DNA of 64,000 bases. It comes from a virus. Below the pieces are notes generated by a model. It did not search any database and had not been told where the DNA came from. It was given only the letters and a program-made list of their open reading frames with translations. Position 1 is the stretch's first letter. Each line of letters starts with the position of its first letter. A program made the position numbers and the translations under genes. The stretch covers positions 1 through 64,000 of IMG/VR virus record IMGVR_UViG_3300012931_000015; one strand, 5' to 3'. Of this stretch, positions 10,286-19,570 are shown in pieces.

Positions 10286-11443
10286 ATGATTGATGTTTTT
10301 ACAGTTTTAAATAGATTAGGTATTAAATATTCTACAACCAATTTAAAACGAAATCAGTTATGGGCTTTATGTCCTTTTCATAACGATACTAAAATTGGAT
10401 CATTTTCAATTAATATTGAAACATGGGAATATAATTGCTACTCATGTCAAACCGGAGGCAAAAGCCCTGAAAACTTTGTATCAAAATATCTTAATATTTC
10501 TTACAAAGAAGCTAAAAAATGGCTAGAAGATCAAAATCTAAGTGTTGTTAATTATGGTGATTATACAGATAATATTTTTGAAAAACAGAAAAAAGAATTA
10601 GAAGAAATTATTAAAGATGATTCTAAAAAAAATAATATTGATTTTTTACCTGATGCTGATAAACTCGAAAAACTTTTTGCGGATAAGTTTTATTATTTGA
10701 AAAGTCATAATATAAATCAAATATTTATTGATACTTTTAAATGGTTTTTTTGTACTTCTGGATATTACAAAGATTTTATAATTATTCCAATTTATTATAA
10801 TAAGCGTCTTGTAACTTTTGAAGCTAGAAAATTATTAGAATATGAAAAATTATGTGAGTATTATGATGAAAGATTTTATGATATAAAAGATCAGTTTGAT
10901 GAATTAAAAGAAAGATTTGAAAATGAAAATTTTAAAATAGTAAATAAAGATAATAAAAAAATGTTATTGAAAAATGATGAAAGTTTTTTTGTAGAAGATA
11001 AAAATAAATTTTTTATAATTAAATATTTGTTGATGCCTAAAGTTTTATACCCGACTGGCTCTACAATAAAAGAATATATTTATAATCGGGATAAACTCGA
11101 TAACTCAAAAACTTTACTTTTAGTTGAAAGTAGTAGTAGTGTTAGTAATATTTGGAATAATGTAAGTGAAAATGTTACTTGCGTATTCGGAGCAAAAATA
11201 TCTGATATTCAAATAAAGCTTTTAGGTAATTTTGAAAATATAATTTTTTATCCTGACATAGATGAAGCCGGACTAATTTTAACTGAAAAGCTTATGCGAT
11301 TTTGTTTAAGCTGTATAAGTGTTGTAGAAGTTGAAAAAGTTGAAACTGCTAAAAAAGAAGATTTATTAAAACAAGCAGAACCTATCGGAAAGTTTGTATT
11401 TAGAAAATTAAGAGAAATATATAAAAGTAAAAAAGATGAATGA
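10286..11443 (+). CDS. DNA primase (CHC2 zinc finger + TOPRIM)
   Basis: CPFHND...CYSC zinc finger; LLLVES and YPDIDEAG TOPRIM motifs. Confidence 0.85.
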   Translation: MIDVFTVLNRLGIKYSTTNLKRNQLWALCPFHNDTKIGSFSINIETWEYNCYSCQTGGKSPENFVSKYLNISYKEAKKWLEDQNLSVVNYGDYTDNIFEKQKKELEEIIKDDSKKNNIDFLPDADKLEKLFADKFYYLKSHNINQIFIDTFKWFFCTSGYYKDFIIIPIYYNKRLVTFEARKLLEYEKLCEYYDERFYDIKDQFDELKERFENENFKIVNKDNKKMLLKNDESFFVEDKNKFFIIKYLLMPKVLYPTGSTIKEYIYNRDKLDNSKTLLLVESSSSVSNIWNNVSENVTCVFGAKISDIQIKLLGNFENIIFYPDIDEAGLILTEKLMRFCLSCISVVEVEKVETAKKEDLLKQAEPIGKFVFRKLREIYKSKKDE

Positions 11444-11456
11444 TTTAATAATTTTA

Positions 11457-12797
11457 GGTAACTATATATAATAAAGCACTAAATAATATATAATAAAGAC
11501 TTTTTATATTATTTGTTACTAATAATATTATGGAAAATATGAAATTAGTTGAGAGACACAAAATATTAAAAGATAACCCCAACTGGAAAAAACTAGATTA
11601 TTTTTCTTTTATTTCAAAAAATTTATATAATCAAGCATTATTTTATATAAAACAAACTTATTTAGAGACCGGAAAATATTTAAGATATAATGCAGTAGAA
11701 AAATACTTAAGAAAAGAGAATAACGAAAATTATAAAATACTTCCAAATAATACAAGTCAACAGATTTTAATGCTTTTAGATAAAAATATTAAATCATTTT
11801 TTCAGTTACTAAAAAAATATAAAAAAAATAAGAAATCTTTAAATGGATGCCCCAAATTTCCAAAATATAAAGATAAGGAAAAAGGTAGGAACATACTAAT
11901 TTTTACTTCTAATCAGTTTAGATTGAAAGATACTTTTATTCATTTTCCTAAAAAAATGAATTTAAAACCAATAAAAACAAAAGTTAAAGAAAATATAAAA
12001 CAAGTTAGAATTATTCCAAATTCATCTTGTTATGTTATAGAAATAGTTTATGAATATAAAAAGGAGGATAAAAATTTAAGTAAAGATAATTATATGAGTA
12101 TTGATTTAGGTGTTAATAATTTGTGTGCTATAATAACTAATCAACCTGAGTTAAAACCAATTTTGATTAATGGAAAACAAATTAAATCTTTTAATGCTTA
12201 TTTTAATAAAAAATTATCAAAAGAAAAATCTCAATTAAAAAAGAACCATAATAAGGATACATCTAAAAAAGTTCAGAGAATGTATTTATATCGAGAGAAC
12301 TGGATTAGTAATTACTTGCATCATGTTTCTAAAATTATTATTCAATATTGTATTGACAATAGCATAAAAAATATAATTATAGGAAAAAATAAAGAGTGGA
12401 AAACTAATTTAAATATTGGAAAAGTTAATAATCAAAAGTTTGTAATGATTCCTTATGATAAATTGATTAAACAAATTCAATATAAATCTGAAAAAATTGG
12501 CATTAATGTAATTATTCAAGAAGAGAGTTATACTTCAAAAATAGATCATTTAGTTTTTGAAGAAATGAAACATCAAAAAAAATATTTAGGAAAGAGAATA
12601 AAACGAGGTTTATTTCAGAGTTCAACTGGAAAAGCAATAAATGCAGATGTAAATGGTTCTGTTGGAATTTTAAGAAAAGTAATCGGAGATTCTTTTGTAA
12701 AAAAGATATTCGATATAGGATTTGGGTATAATCCAGTTAAAATTAATTTTAACGAATATAGAAATTTTGTTTTAGGGCAAAAAAGTATATAGTTACC
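11457..12797 (+). mobile_element. non-autonomous IS1595-ended element carrying TnpB
   Basis: TIRs GGTAACTATATA...GCACTAAA (11457-11483) and reverse complement of 12771-12797; perfect 8-bp TSD TAATTTTA at 11449-11456 and 12798-12805. Confidence 0.85.
11530..12792 (+). CDS. tnpB: TnpB RNA-guided nuclease (rearranged RuvC-II type, no Zn finger)
   Basis: SIDLGVNN, IIIG (G at the usual Glu position), QEESYTSK (alternative Glu), INADVNG. Confidence 0.92.
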   Translation: MENMKLVERHKILKDNPNWKKLDYFSFISKNLYNQALFYIKQTYLETGKYLRYNAVEKYLRKENNENYKILPNNTSQQILMLLDKNIKSFFQLLKKYKKNKKSLNGCPKFPKYKDKEKGRNILIFTSNQFRLKDTFIHFPKKMNLKPIKTKVKENIKQVRIIPNSSCYVIEIVYEYKKEDKNLSKDNYMSIDLGVNNLCAIITNQPELKPILINGKQIKSFNAYFNKKLSKEKSQLKKNHNKDTSKKVQRMYLYRENWISNYLHHVSKIIIQYCIDNSIKNIIIGKNKEWKTNLNIGKVNNQKFVMIPYDKLIKQIQYKSEKIGINVIIQEESYTSKIDHLVFEEMKHQKKYLGKRIKRGLFQSSTGKAINADVNGSVGILRKVIGDSFVKKIFDIGFGYNPVKINFNEYRNFVLGQKSI

Positions 12798-12933
12798 TAA
12801 TTTTATTTGACATTTTTTTAAAATTATGCTATTTTTTAGCTGTGTTTGCTATCATGGGGTATATAGTATTTGGAATACTTATTATTGGATTTATAATAAT
12901 TTTTGTTTACAAACAACATAAAAAGAAAAATAT

Positions 12934-13404
12934 ATGAAACTACAAAAAATAAAATATATAGGTAAATCAGAATTAAAAGGTAATAAAATAATTACTGATA
13001 TAAGTTTTGTTACTCCTGAAAAAAGAAAAGCAATAGAAGATTTTTTTAATAATGATTTTGTTATATCAGAGCATGAGATAGTTAAAGCAGGAAATAAAAA
13101 GTTAAGGTCTTATGAACAATTAAAATTATGGTTTCAAATTATTGATGATATTTTAATTTGGATGAGAGAGCCAAACACGACTGAAAATAAAATGGCTTTA
13201 CATGAATCCCTTAAACGATATTTGCCTACACAATATGTAAAATTAAACGGTGAAGATTTTCCATTACCTAAAAGTATAAGTGATGATGCAGAAATACCTA
13301 TGGAAGATTTTACACAAACTATTTCTAAAATACTTGAAGACTTTAGAATGGAAGGTTGTGAGTTTTTAGTTGATAAAGTTGAAATTTGGGGTAAAATTAT
13401 TTAA
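12934..13404 (+). CDS. NinB/Orf-like recombination protein
   Basis: KLRSYEQLKLW...HESLK...KSIS...EDFTQTISKI resembles the NinB pattern. Confidence 0.45.
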   Translation: MKLQKIKYIGKSELKGNKIITDISFVTPEKRKAIEDFFNNDFVISEHEIVKAGNKKLRSYEQLKLWFQIIDDILIWMREPNTTENKMALHESLKRYLPTQYVKLNGEDFPLPKSISDDAEIPMEDFTQTISKILEDFRMEGCEFLVDKVEIWGKII

Positions 13405-13450
13405 TTACTTTTTAGTAATAGTAATTTTAATAGTTTATCTAAATATTAAC

Positions 13451-13665
13451 AATTAACAAAAAATTGATTAGTGGGCTTTGAAGGAGAAATTTTTTAATGC
13501 AGAAGTTTAGAGAAAAGTTAAAGAATATACCTACAGATACTCCTCTAGTCTGTAGCTTTATAAATTTTCAATTAAACAAAGATCAAGGTCTTAGTGTTGA
13601 AAATAAAGTACTGTCTTTAAACAATCACGAAGAGGATCAACGACAAGCAAACAGTCAGGGCTTAC
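13451..13665 (+). ncRNA. orphan IscB-type omegaRNA (HEARO-like) scaffold
   Basis: TTGATTAG...ATGCAGAAGTT...ACCTACAGATACTCCTCTAGTCTGTAGCT...TTAAACAAAG...CTTAGTGT...AAAGTACTG...AACAATCACGAAGAGG; CTCCTC/GAGG pseudoknot-type pairing; no iscB ORF follows. Confidence 0.7.
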
Positions 13666-13807
13666 GATTCTTTTTTGCAAGAAAGTCCAAGACTTTAGTC
13701 ATGGGATGAATTGTAACAACAAAGAATTGTTTGATTTTATAAAATAAATGTAAAAATTATATTATATATTTGACATATATATAATATTTTGTTATACTAA
13801 TAAAACT

Positions 13808-14209
13808 ATGAAAGAAAAGAGATGGACTACAAGTAATAAATCTATATATAATATAGGGTATCATTTAATTTGGTGTCCAAAATATAGACGAAAAGTTCTA
13901 ACTGGGGAAATAGAAACAAAATTAAGAGAATTATTAAAAGAGAAATCAAAAGAATTAAATGTGGAAATAAAAACTTTGGAAATTATGCCAAACCATATCC
14001 ATCTATTTGTTAAAGCTACTCCTGTTGATAGCCCACATTTTATAGTGCAACAATTAAAAGGATATACTTCTAGGGTATTGAGAAATGAGTTTAAAGAATT
14101 GAAAAGTAAACTCCCTACACTTTGGACTCGAAGCTATTATTGTGAGTCAGTGGGTCATATATCTGAAAATATTGTTAAAAAATATATCGAGGATCAAAAA
14201 AATAAATGA
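13808..14209 (+). CDS. tnpA: IS200/IS605 Y1 HUH transposase
   Basis: YHLIWCPKYRR, HIHL (HUH), LWTRSYY, KKYIEDQ. Confidence 0.97.
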   Translation: MKEKRWTTSNKSIYNIGYHLIWCPKYRRKVLTGEIETKLRELLKEKSKELNVEIKTLEIMPNHIHLFVKATPVDSPHFIVQQLKGYTSRVLRNEFKELKSKLPTLWTRSYYCESVGHISENIVKKYIEDQKNK

Positions 14210-15327
14210 AAACTTATTGTTATAAATTATATAATAATAAAAATCTCAAATATTTAAATAATCAAATAAATATAGCCGGAAATATTTATAATTATTGTAT
14301 AAATATGTATAAAATGTATTATAAGTTATATGGTAAATCATTAAATATTTTTCAACTACAAAAACATTTAACTAAAAAGAAAAAATATTTTAAATACTGG
14401 AATGAATTAAACTCTCAAACTATTCAAGATATAACAGATAGAATAGGCAGAGCTTATCAGTTATTTTTTAGAAATCTAAAACATAAAATAAAAACTGCCC
14501 CACCTTCTTTTAAAAAATCTAAAAAATATAAATCTATTACATTAAAACAAACAGGGTATAAATTATTAGAAAATAATAAAATTAAAATACAAAATAAAAT
14601 ATTTAAATATTCAAAAAGTAGAGACATACAAGGTAATATTAAAATAGTAACAATTAAACGAGACAATTTAGGAGGTTTTTATATATATATTGTAACTGAT
14701 TTTGTTGATTCAAAACCTACCATGACGGGTAAAAGTGCAGGTTGTGATTTTGGATTAAAAACTTTTTTAACATTATCGGACAATATTAAAATAGAATCAC
14801 CTTTGTTTTATAAACAATCACAAAAAAAATTAAAGAAATCTAGTCAGTCGTTATCATCAAAAAAGAAAGGAAGTAATAATAGAAAAAAAGCTATATTAAA
14901 TTTTGCTAGAATTCACCAAAAAATATATAATAAAAGAAAAGATCATCATTTTAAATTAGCAAAAGAATTAACCCAAGATTATGATTATCTATTTTTTGAA
15001 ACTCTTAATTTAAAAGCAATGCAAAGATTATGGGGTAAAAAAATAAGTGATTTAGGGTTTTATAGTTTTTTAAAAATACTTGAATCACAGGGTAATAAAT
15101 ATAATTGTAAAATACATTCTATTGAAAGATTTTTTCCATCTTCAAAACTTTGTTCAAAATGCGGGCAAATTAAAAAAGATTTAAAATTATCAGATAGAAT
15201 TTATAAATGTGATTGTGGATTAGAAATTGATAGAGATTTAAATGCATCTCTAAACATATTAAGAGAAGGGGCATCTTCTCTTGGAGTAGAATTTGTAAGA
15301 CCAGCGATAGTTGGCAAATTTTGTTGA
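14206..15327 (+). CDS. tnpB: TnpB RNA-guided nuclease
   Basis: GCDFGLK, FETLNL, CSKCG/CDCG zinc finger, DRDLNAS. Confidence 0.95.
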   Translation: MKTYCYKLYNNKNLKYLNNQINIAGNIYNYCINMYKMYYKLYGKSLNIFQLQKHLTKKKKYFKYWNELNSQTIQDITDRIGRAYQLFFRNLKHKIKTAPPSFKKSKKYKSITLKQTGYKLLENNKIKIQNKIFKYSKSRDIQGNIKIVTIKRDNLGGFYIYIVTDFVDSKPTMTGKSAGCDFGLKTFLTLSDNIKIESPLFYKQSQKKLKKSSQSLSSKKKGSNNRKKAILNFARIHQKIYNKRKDHHFKLAKELTQDYDYLFFETLNLKAMQRLWGKKISDLGFYSFLKILESQGNKYNCKIHSIERFFPSSKLCSKCGQIKKDLKLSDRIYKCDCGLEIDRDLNASLNILREGASSLGVEFVRPAIVGKFC

Positions 15328-15383
15328 TCCCAGAATCTCACGACTTTAGTCGTGGGAGTATGTCAAGGAAGAGGTGTATAATT

Positions 15384-16118
15384 GTGAATAAAGTTTGTCC
15401 TGATTGTAATAATACAAGATACATATATGAAAAAGATTCTAATGGTTTTATAATTTCTGCAAAACCGTGTGAAGCTTGTAAAAATGATTTAGCTGAAATG
15501 AACTTAGAAAGAAAACTTATAAAGTCAGAAATACCTTTGCAGTATCATAGTTATACTTTTGAATCTTATCAAGGAAAAGATGAATTTAATAACATAAAAA
15601 TATTAAAAGACTTTGCAGAAAATATTGATAATATAAAATATAGATTTATCAATTTATTTTTGACAGGTAACAAATCTTGTCAAAAAACCACGATGCTATG
15701 TGTTATGGGAAAAGAACTTCTTAAAAAAAATAAAGAAGTAAAATTTGTTTTAGCTGGTGATCTTATAAAATTACTTATGAAAGATTCTGGTTATGGTTAT
15801 GATGCAGAAATATTAAAAAAAATAAACCATTATAAAATGGTTGACATTCTGCTAATTGATGATATATTTGATATTATGAAATCCGTTTATTGGTCTAATA
15901 GTAATAATTTAGTTATTACTGAATGGGATTTATTTTTAAGGTATAGATTAAGTCATGGTTTAAGAATTATTACAACATCAAATTTTAATCTGAATCAGAT
16001 AAAAGAAAAATTTGGTGAAAGTATTCAGAGCTTATTTAATCGTAATTTTAAAGAATTAAAGTTTTGTGATAACATAGAAAAAATTGCGATGAGTAACATA
16101 GAAAAGATATTTGATTGA
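15384..16118 (+). CDS. DnaC/IstB-like AAA+ helicase loader
   Basis: GTG start after GAGGTG; CPDC..C zinc site; GNKSCQKT (degenerate Walker A), LLIDD, IITTSN. Confidence 0.75.
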   Translation: MNKVCPDCNNTRYIYEKDSNGFIISAKPCEACKNDLAEMNLERKLIKSEIPLQYHSYTFESYQGKDEFNNIKILKDFAENIDNIKYRFINLFLTGNKSCQKTTMLCVMGKELLKKNKEVKFVLAGDLIKLLMKDSGYGYDAEILKKINHYKMVDILLIDDIFDIMKSVYWSNSNNLVITEWDLFLRYRLSHGLRIITTSNFNLNQIKEKFGESIQSLFNRNFKELKFCDNIEKIAMSNIEKIFD

Positions 16119-16137
16119 AAAAGGAGAAAAATTATTT

Positions 16138-16602
16138 ATGAAAAATGGTGAAGCACTAAAGTTACTGGAAGATTTAAAAAAGGTTTATAATGTAAGAGGT
16201 GATAAGTTTACTTATGCTCTTAAAAGAAATGTTGAAAAACTTCAAGCTCTTGACAAAAGTATTAGAGACAGAGTTCCTAAAGTTCCTGAATATTTTGCAT
16301 ATCAGAAACTTATGGGTATGATTGAAATGAATTATCGAAAAAAAATTGTTAATAGCAAACTTAATGAAGAAGATCAGAAAGCAAAAAATGATGATATTAT
16401 AGAACTTGAAACAAAATATGCAGATGCTATAACAAAGTTTCAGGAATCAGAAGAGTTTTGGTATAAGTTGCTTGATGAAGAAGTTGAAAATTTTAGTTTT
16501 TACATGATAAGTAGAGAAGTTGCAGAAGCAGTTGAGCCAAAATTAACCGGAGAGCAGAGAGTAATTATTGCACCTTTTGAAGTTGATGAAGAGGTAAAAT
16601 AA
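16138..16602 (+). CDS. hypothetical protein
   Basis: AAGGAG RBS, helical ORF. Confidence 0.6.
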   Translation: MKNGEALKLLEDLKKVYNVRGDKFTYALKRNVEKLQALDKSIRDRVPKVPEYFAYQKLMGMIEMNYRKKIVNSKLNEEDQKAKNDDIIELETKYADAITKFQESEEFWYKLLDEEVENFSFYMISREVAEAVEPKLTGEQRVIIAPFEVDEEVK

Positions 16603-16619
16603 AATTTAAAATATAATAC

Positions 16620-16690
16620 AGGCTAATAGTGTAACGGAAGCACAAGAGTTTTTGGTACTCTTTGACAAGGTTCGAGTCCTTGTTAGCCTG
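16620..16690 (+). tRNA. tRNA-Gln(UUG), CCA not encoded
   Basis: Acceptor AGGCTAA/TTAGCCT, D arm GTGT/GCAC, anticodon arm AGAGT-TTTTGGT-ACTCT, T arm CAAGG-TTCGAGT-CCTTG. Confidence 0.9.
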
Positions 16691-16714
16691 AATAAATTAA
16701 TAGGAGAAAATAAA

Positions 16715-17107
16715 ATGATAGAAGATAATACAAAAGAAGTAGTAAAAGGTTTATTTAATGAATTACTTGATTTAGATGAAGAAAAAGTAGGAATAAGTAA
16801 TGATATAAAAATTCTTTTAAAAAAAGATAAAGAATATCAGGACTTATTGAAAGAGAAAAAAGCTCTCGATGCTAAAATAAAAACTAAAAAAGAAGCAATA
16901 CTTGGCGATATTTCAAATCAGAGCAAAAGCGTTTTTCAGAATATTAAAATTATTAAAGAAGATATTTCTGAAAAGCTTGATAGTAAAGTAAAAATAGTTA
17001 ATCAGATTTTTAAGTTTTTCAAATCAAAATTTAAAGAGAACAATGATGAGCTTCAGGAAATAACTGATAATTATGTAGAACTTTTTGAAGTGAAGGATGA
17101 AAAATAA
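16715..17107 (+). CDS. hypothetical coiled-coil protein
   Basis: AGGAG RBS before ATG 16715; the longer annotated start overlaps the tRNA. Confidence 0.6.
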   Translation: MIEDNTKEVVKGLFNELLDLDEEKVGISNDIKILLKKDKEYQDLLKEKKALDAKIKTKKEAILGDISNQSKSVFQNIKIIKEDISEKLDSKVKIVNQIFKFFKSKFKENNDELQEITDNYVELFEVKDEK

Positions 17108-17121
17108 ATAGGTTATAAATT

Positions 17122-19335
17122 TTGACTCAATTAAATCAATTAGAAGCAACAGTAACAAAAATATTATTTTCATCTGAAAAAGAACACGGTCATAAATTTG
17201 TAATTTGTGCTGTTGACACCCCAAAAGGAAAAGATAAAGTAATTGGTACTTTTGCTGATATTCAAGAAAATCTAAAATATATATTTTTCGGTAATTATAC
17301 AGAGCATAATAAATTCGGAAAACAATTTAATGCTGAATATTACGAGATGCAAAGTTTAAGTTCTGAAAATGATATAATAAATTATCTTGGTAGTGGTTTG
17401 TTTTATGGTATTGGTGATTCAATTGCTAGAAGAATAGTAAAAAAGTTTGGTCTTGAAACATTAAGTGTCCTTGATAATAATATAAATAAACTTATAGAAG
17501 TAAAAGGCATATCTCAAAATAAACTCGATAAGATAATTGAAGTTTGGAACGAAAAAAAAGTTTTAAGACCAATTCTTATTGAATTAGTTAAATATGGAAT
17601 AACTACAAATACTGCTATGAAAATTTATGAAAAATATGGCAGTCAAACAATTCAAGTAATTAATTCTAATCCTTATCAACTTATACTTGACATAGATTTT
17701 ATGGGTTTTAAAAAAGTTGATACCATTGCATTAAACATGGGTATTCCTCATGATTCTAATTTCAGAATAGAAGCCGGACTTGTTCATCAACTAAGAGAGG
17801 TTACAAATAATGGTCATACCTGTATTCCTAAGAATGAACTTATAGAAGAGTCTATTGAATTACTAGAAGTTGAAGAAAATAAAATATATGAAAATATTGA
17901 TGAGCTTTTCAGAAAAAATATTATAATTATAGACAGAAATAACTATATATATTTAAGATATGTTTGGAATCAAGAAAAAGAAATAGCAGAAGATTTGCAT
18001 AATATTTTAAATACTCCTAAAACTGAAAATGTAGAAAAAAGTGTGTTGTTAGAAATAATAAAAAATGTTGAAACTAAATTAAACATAGTATTATCTGAAG
18101 AACAAAAAGACACGGTAATTGCTTGTATTTATAATAAGGTTACAATAGTTACGGGGGGCTCTGGTGTGGGCAAGACAACCATAACTCGTTTTATAGTAGA
18201 AATTCTTGATAACTTAAATCTGTCTTATAAACTTGCAAGTCCAACAGGTAGAGCATCTAAAAGAATGGAAGAACTTACCGGAAAATCCGCAAGTACAATT
18301 CATAGATTGCTCGGTTATAATCCTGAATCAAATAGTTTTGTAGCGAATAGATATAATAATATTGAATCAAATTATTTTATAATAGATGAGATGAGTATGG
18401 TTGACACTTATATTATGAATAGTTTAATTCAGGCTATACCATATCATGCTTCAATAATATTTATAGGAGATTTTCAGCAGTTACCTTCAGTTGGTGCAGG
18501 AAAAATATTTAATGATTTAATTGAATCAAATATTATTCCGGTAATGAGATTAACACAAATATATAGACAAAATGGATTAAGCAATATAATTATAACAGCA
18601 ACAAAAATTATAGAGGGTATGCCTGTAAAGTTAGAAGAAAATTGTAGTAATGAAACTTATAAAAACGATTTTCACTTTATAGATGAAGAAGACCCTGAAA
18701 TTATTGAACAAAAGATAGTTGATTTAATAAAAAATGAATTGCCTAAAAAATATGGTTTTGATAGTTTAAATGATATTCAATTATTGATACCAATGTATAA
18801 AGGAAAATTAGGCATAGATCACTTTAATGATGTTTTACAAAATGAATTTAACAAAGATAAAAAAAATAATGAATATTTAGATAATGGATTTGGTAAAAAA
18901 TTTTATAAAGGTGATAAAGTAATTCAATTAAAAAATAATTACAATAAGGGTAATGGTGGAGTTTTTAATGGAGATGTTGGAATAATTGTATCTATAAATA
19001 CTTTTGATAATATTTTAGGAATAAAATTTAACGGTTATGATGAAATAATAAGTTATGAACAAAATGAATTTAATCAAATAAGTTTAGCTCTGGCGGTCTC
19101 GGTGCACAAAGCGCAGGGCTCCGAATATCCTTGTATAATTATGATAGTATCGAAAAGTCATTATTTATTATTAAAAAGAAATATTCTTTATACGGGCATT
19201 ACTCGATCACGTAAACAGTGTGTAGTAATTGGAACAAAACAAGCATTTTTTATGGCAATGAATAATAATGAAGTTCAAACAAGGTATACAGGTTTAAAAG
19301 AAAAACTTCAGAATAGTTTTTTAAGGATACATTAA
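17122..19335 (+). CDS. recD2: RecD2-like SF1B helicase
   Basis: HhH repeats (GIG, VKGIS), GGSGVGKTT, IIDEMSM, GDFQQLPSVG, SVHKAQGSEY, YTGITR. Confidence 0.93.
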   Translation: MTQLNQLEATVTKILFSSEKEHGHKFVICAVDTPKGKDKVIGTFADIQENLKYIFFGNYTEHNKFGKQFNAEYYEMQSLSSENDIINYLGSGLFYGIGDSIARRIVKKFGLETLSVLDNNINKLIEVKGISQNKLDKIIEVWNEKKVLRPILIELVKYGITTNTAMKIYEKYGSQTIQVINSNPYQLILDIDFMGFKKVDTIALNMGIPHDSNFRIEAGLVHQLREVTNNGHTCIPKNELIEESIELLEVEENKIYENIDELFRKNIIIIDRNNYIYLRYVWNQEKEIAEDLHNILNTPKTENVEKSVLLEIIKNVETKLNIVLSEEQKDTVIACIYNKVTIVTGGSGVGKTTITRFIVEILDNLNLSYKLASPTGRASKRMEELTGKSASTIHRLLGYNPESNSFVANRYNNIESNYFIIDEMSMVDTYIMNSLIQAIPYHASIIFIGDFQQLPSVGAGKIFNDLIESNIIPVMRLTQIYRQNGLSNIIITATKIIEGMPVKLEENCSNETYKNDFHFIDEEDPEIIEQKIVDLIKNELPKKYGFDSLNDIQLLIPMYKGKLGIDHFNDVLQNEFNKDKKNNEYLDNGFGKKFYKGDKVIQLKNNYNKGNGGVFNGDVGIIVSINTFDNILGIKFNGYDEIISYEQNEFNQISLALAVSVHKAQGSEYPCIIMIVSKSHYLLLKRNILYTGITRSRKQCVVIGTKQAFFMAMNNNEVQTRYTGLKEKLQNSFLRIH

Positions 19336-19347
19336 AGGAGAAAAGTT

Positions 19348-19476
19348 ATGTTTGCAAAAATATGGTGTCTTATAGTAATGGGTTTTTTTGGTATTTATCT
19401 TAGTTTAAACTCTTTTAATATTAAGTTAAATGAATTTTCTTTAACTGATAATATTTTAGGTAACTATATACATTAA
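19348..19476 (+). pseudogene. small membrane protein truncated by the IS1595 left end
   Basis: MFAKIWCLIVMGFFGIYL...TDNIL reads into the TIR (GNYIH*). Confidence 0.5.
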
Positions 19477-19570
19477 AGCACTAACTCAAAAATATCCTTA
19501 AAATTTAATTGATTTTATAAAGTATTTTGTATTATACTTCTTTTTGTTTCAAGAAAGGAAGTATAAAATT

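Larger units (their letters stand above)
13666..15366 (+). mobile_element. IS605-group element (tnpA+tnpB)
   Basis: Inserted 3' of TTAC (13662-13665); LE AAAG + hairpin (CCAAGACTTTAGTCATGG); RE GAAT + CTCACGACTTTAGTCGTGGG ending TCAA at 15366; no TSD. Confidence 0.92.

Noticed and set aside
13497-13709. 70-aa ORF MQKFREKLKNIPTDTPLVCS
   Set aside because: Coincides with the omegaRNA scaffold and runs into the IS605 left end; probably not a real protein
15321-15383. Annotated N-terminus MLIPESHDFSRGSMS of the DnaC-like ORF
   Set aside because: This is a translation of the IS605 right-end hairpin; the likely start is GTG 15384
16652-16714. Annotated 5' extension of ORF 16652-17107
   Set aside because: Overlaps tRNA-Gln; the better start is 16715 with an RBS
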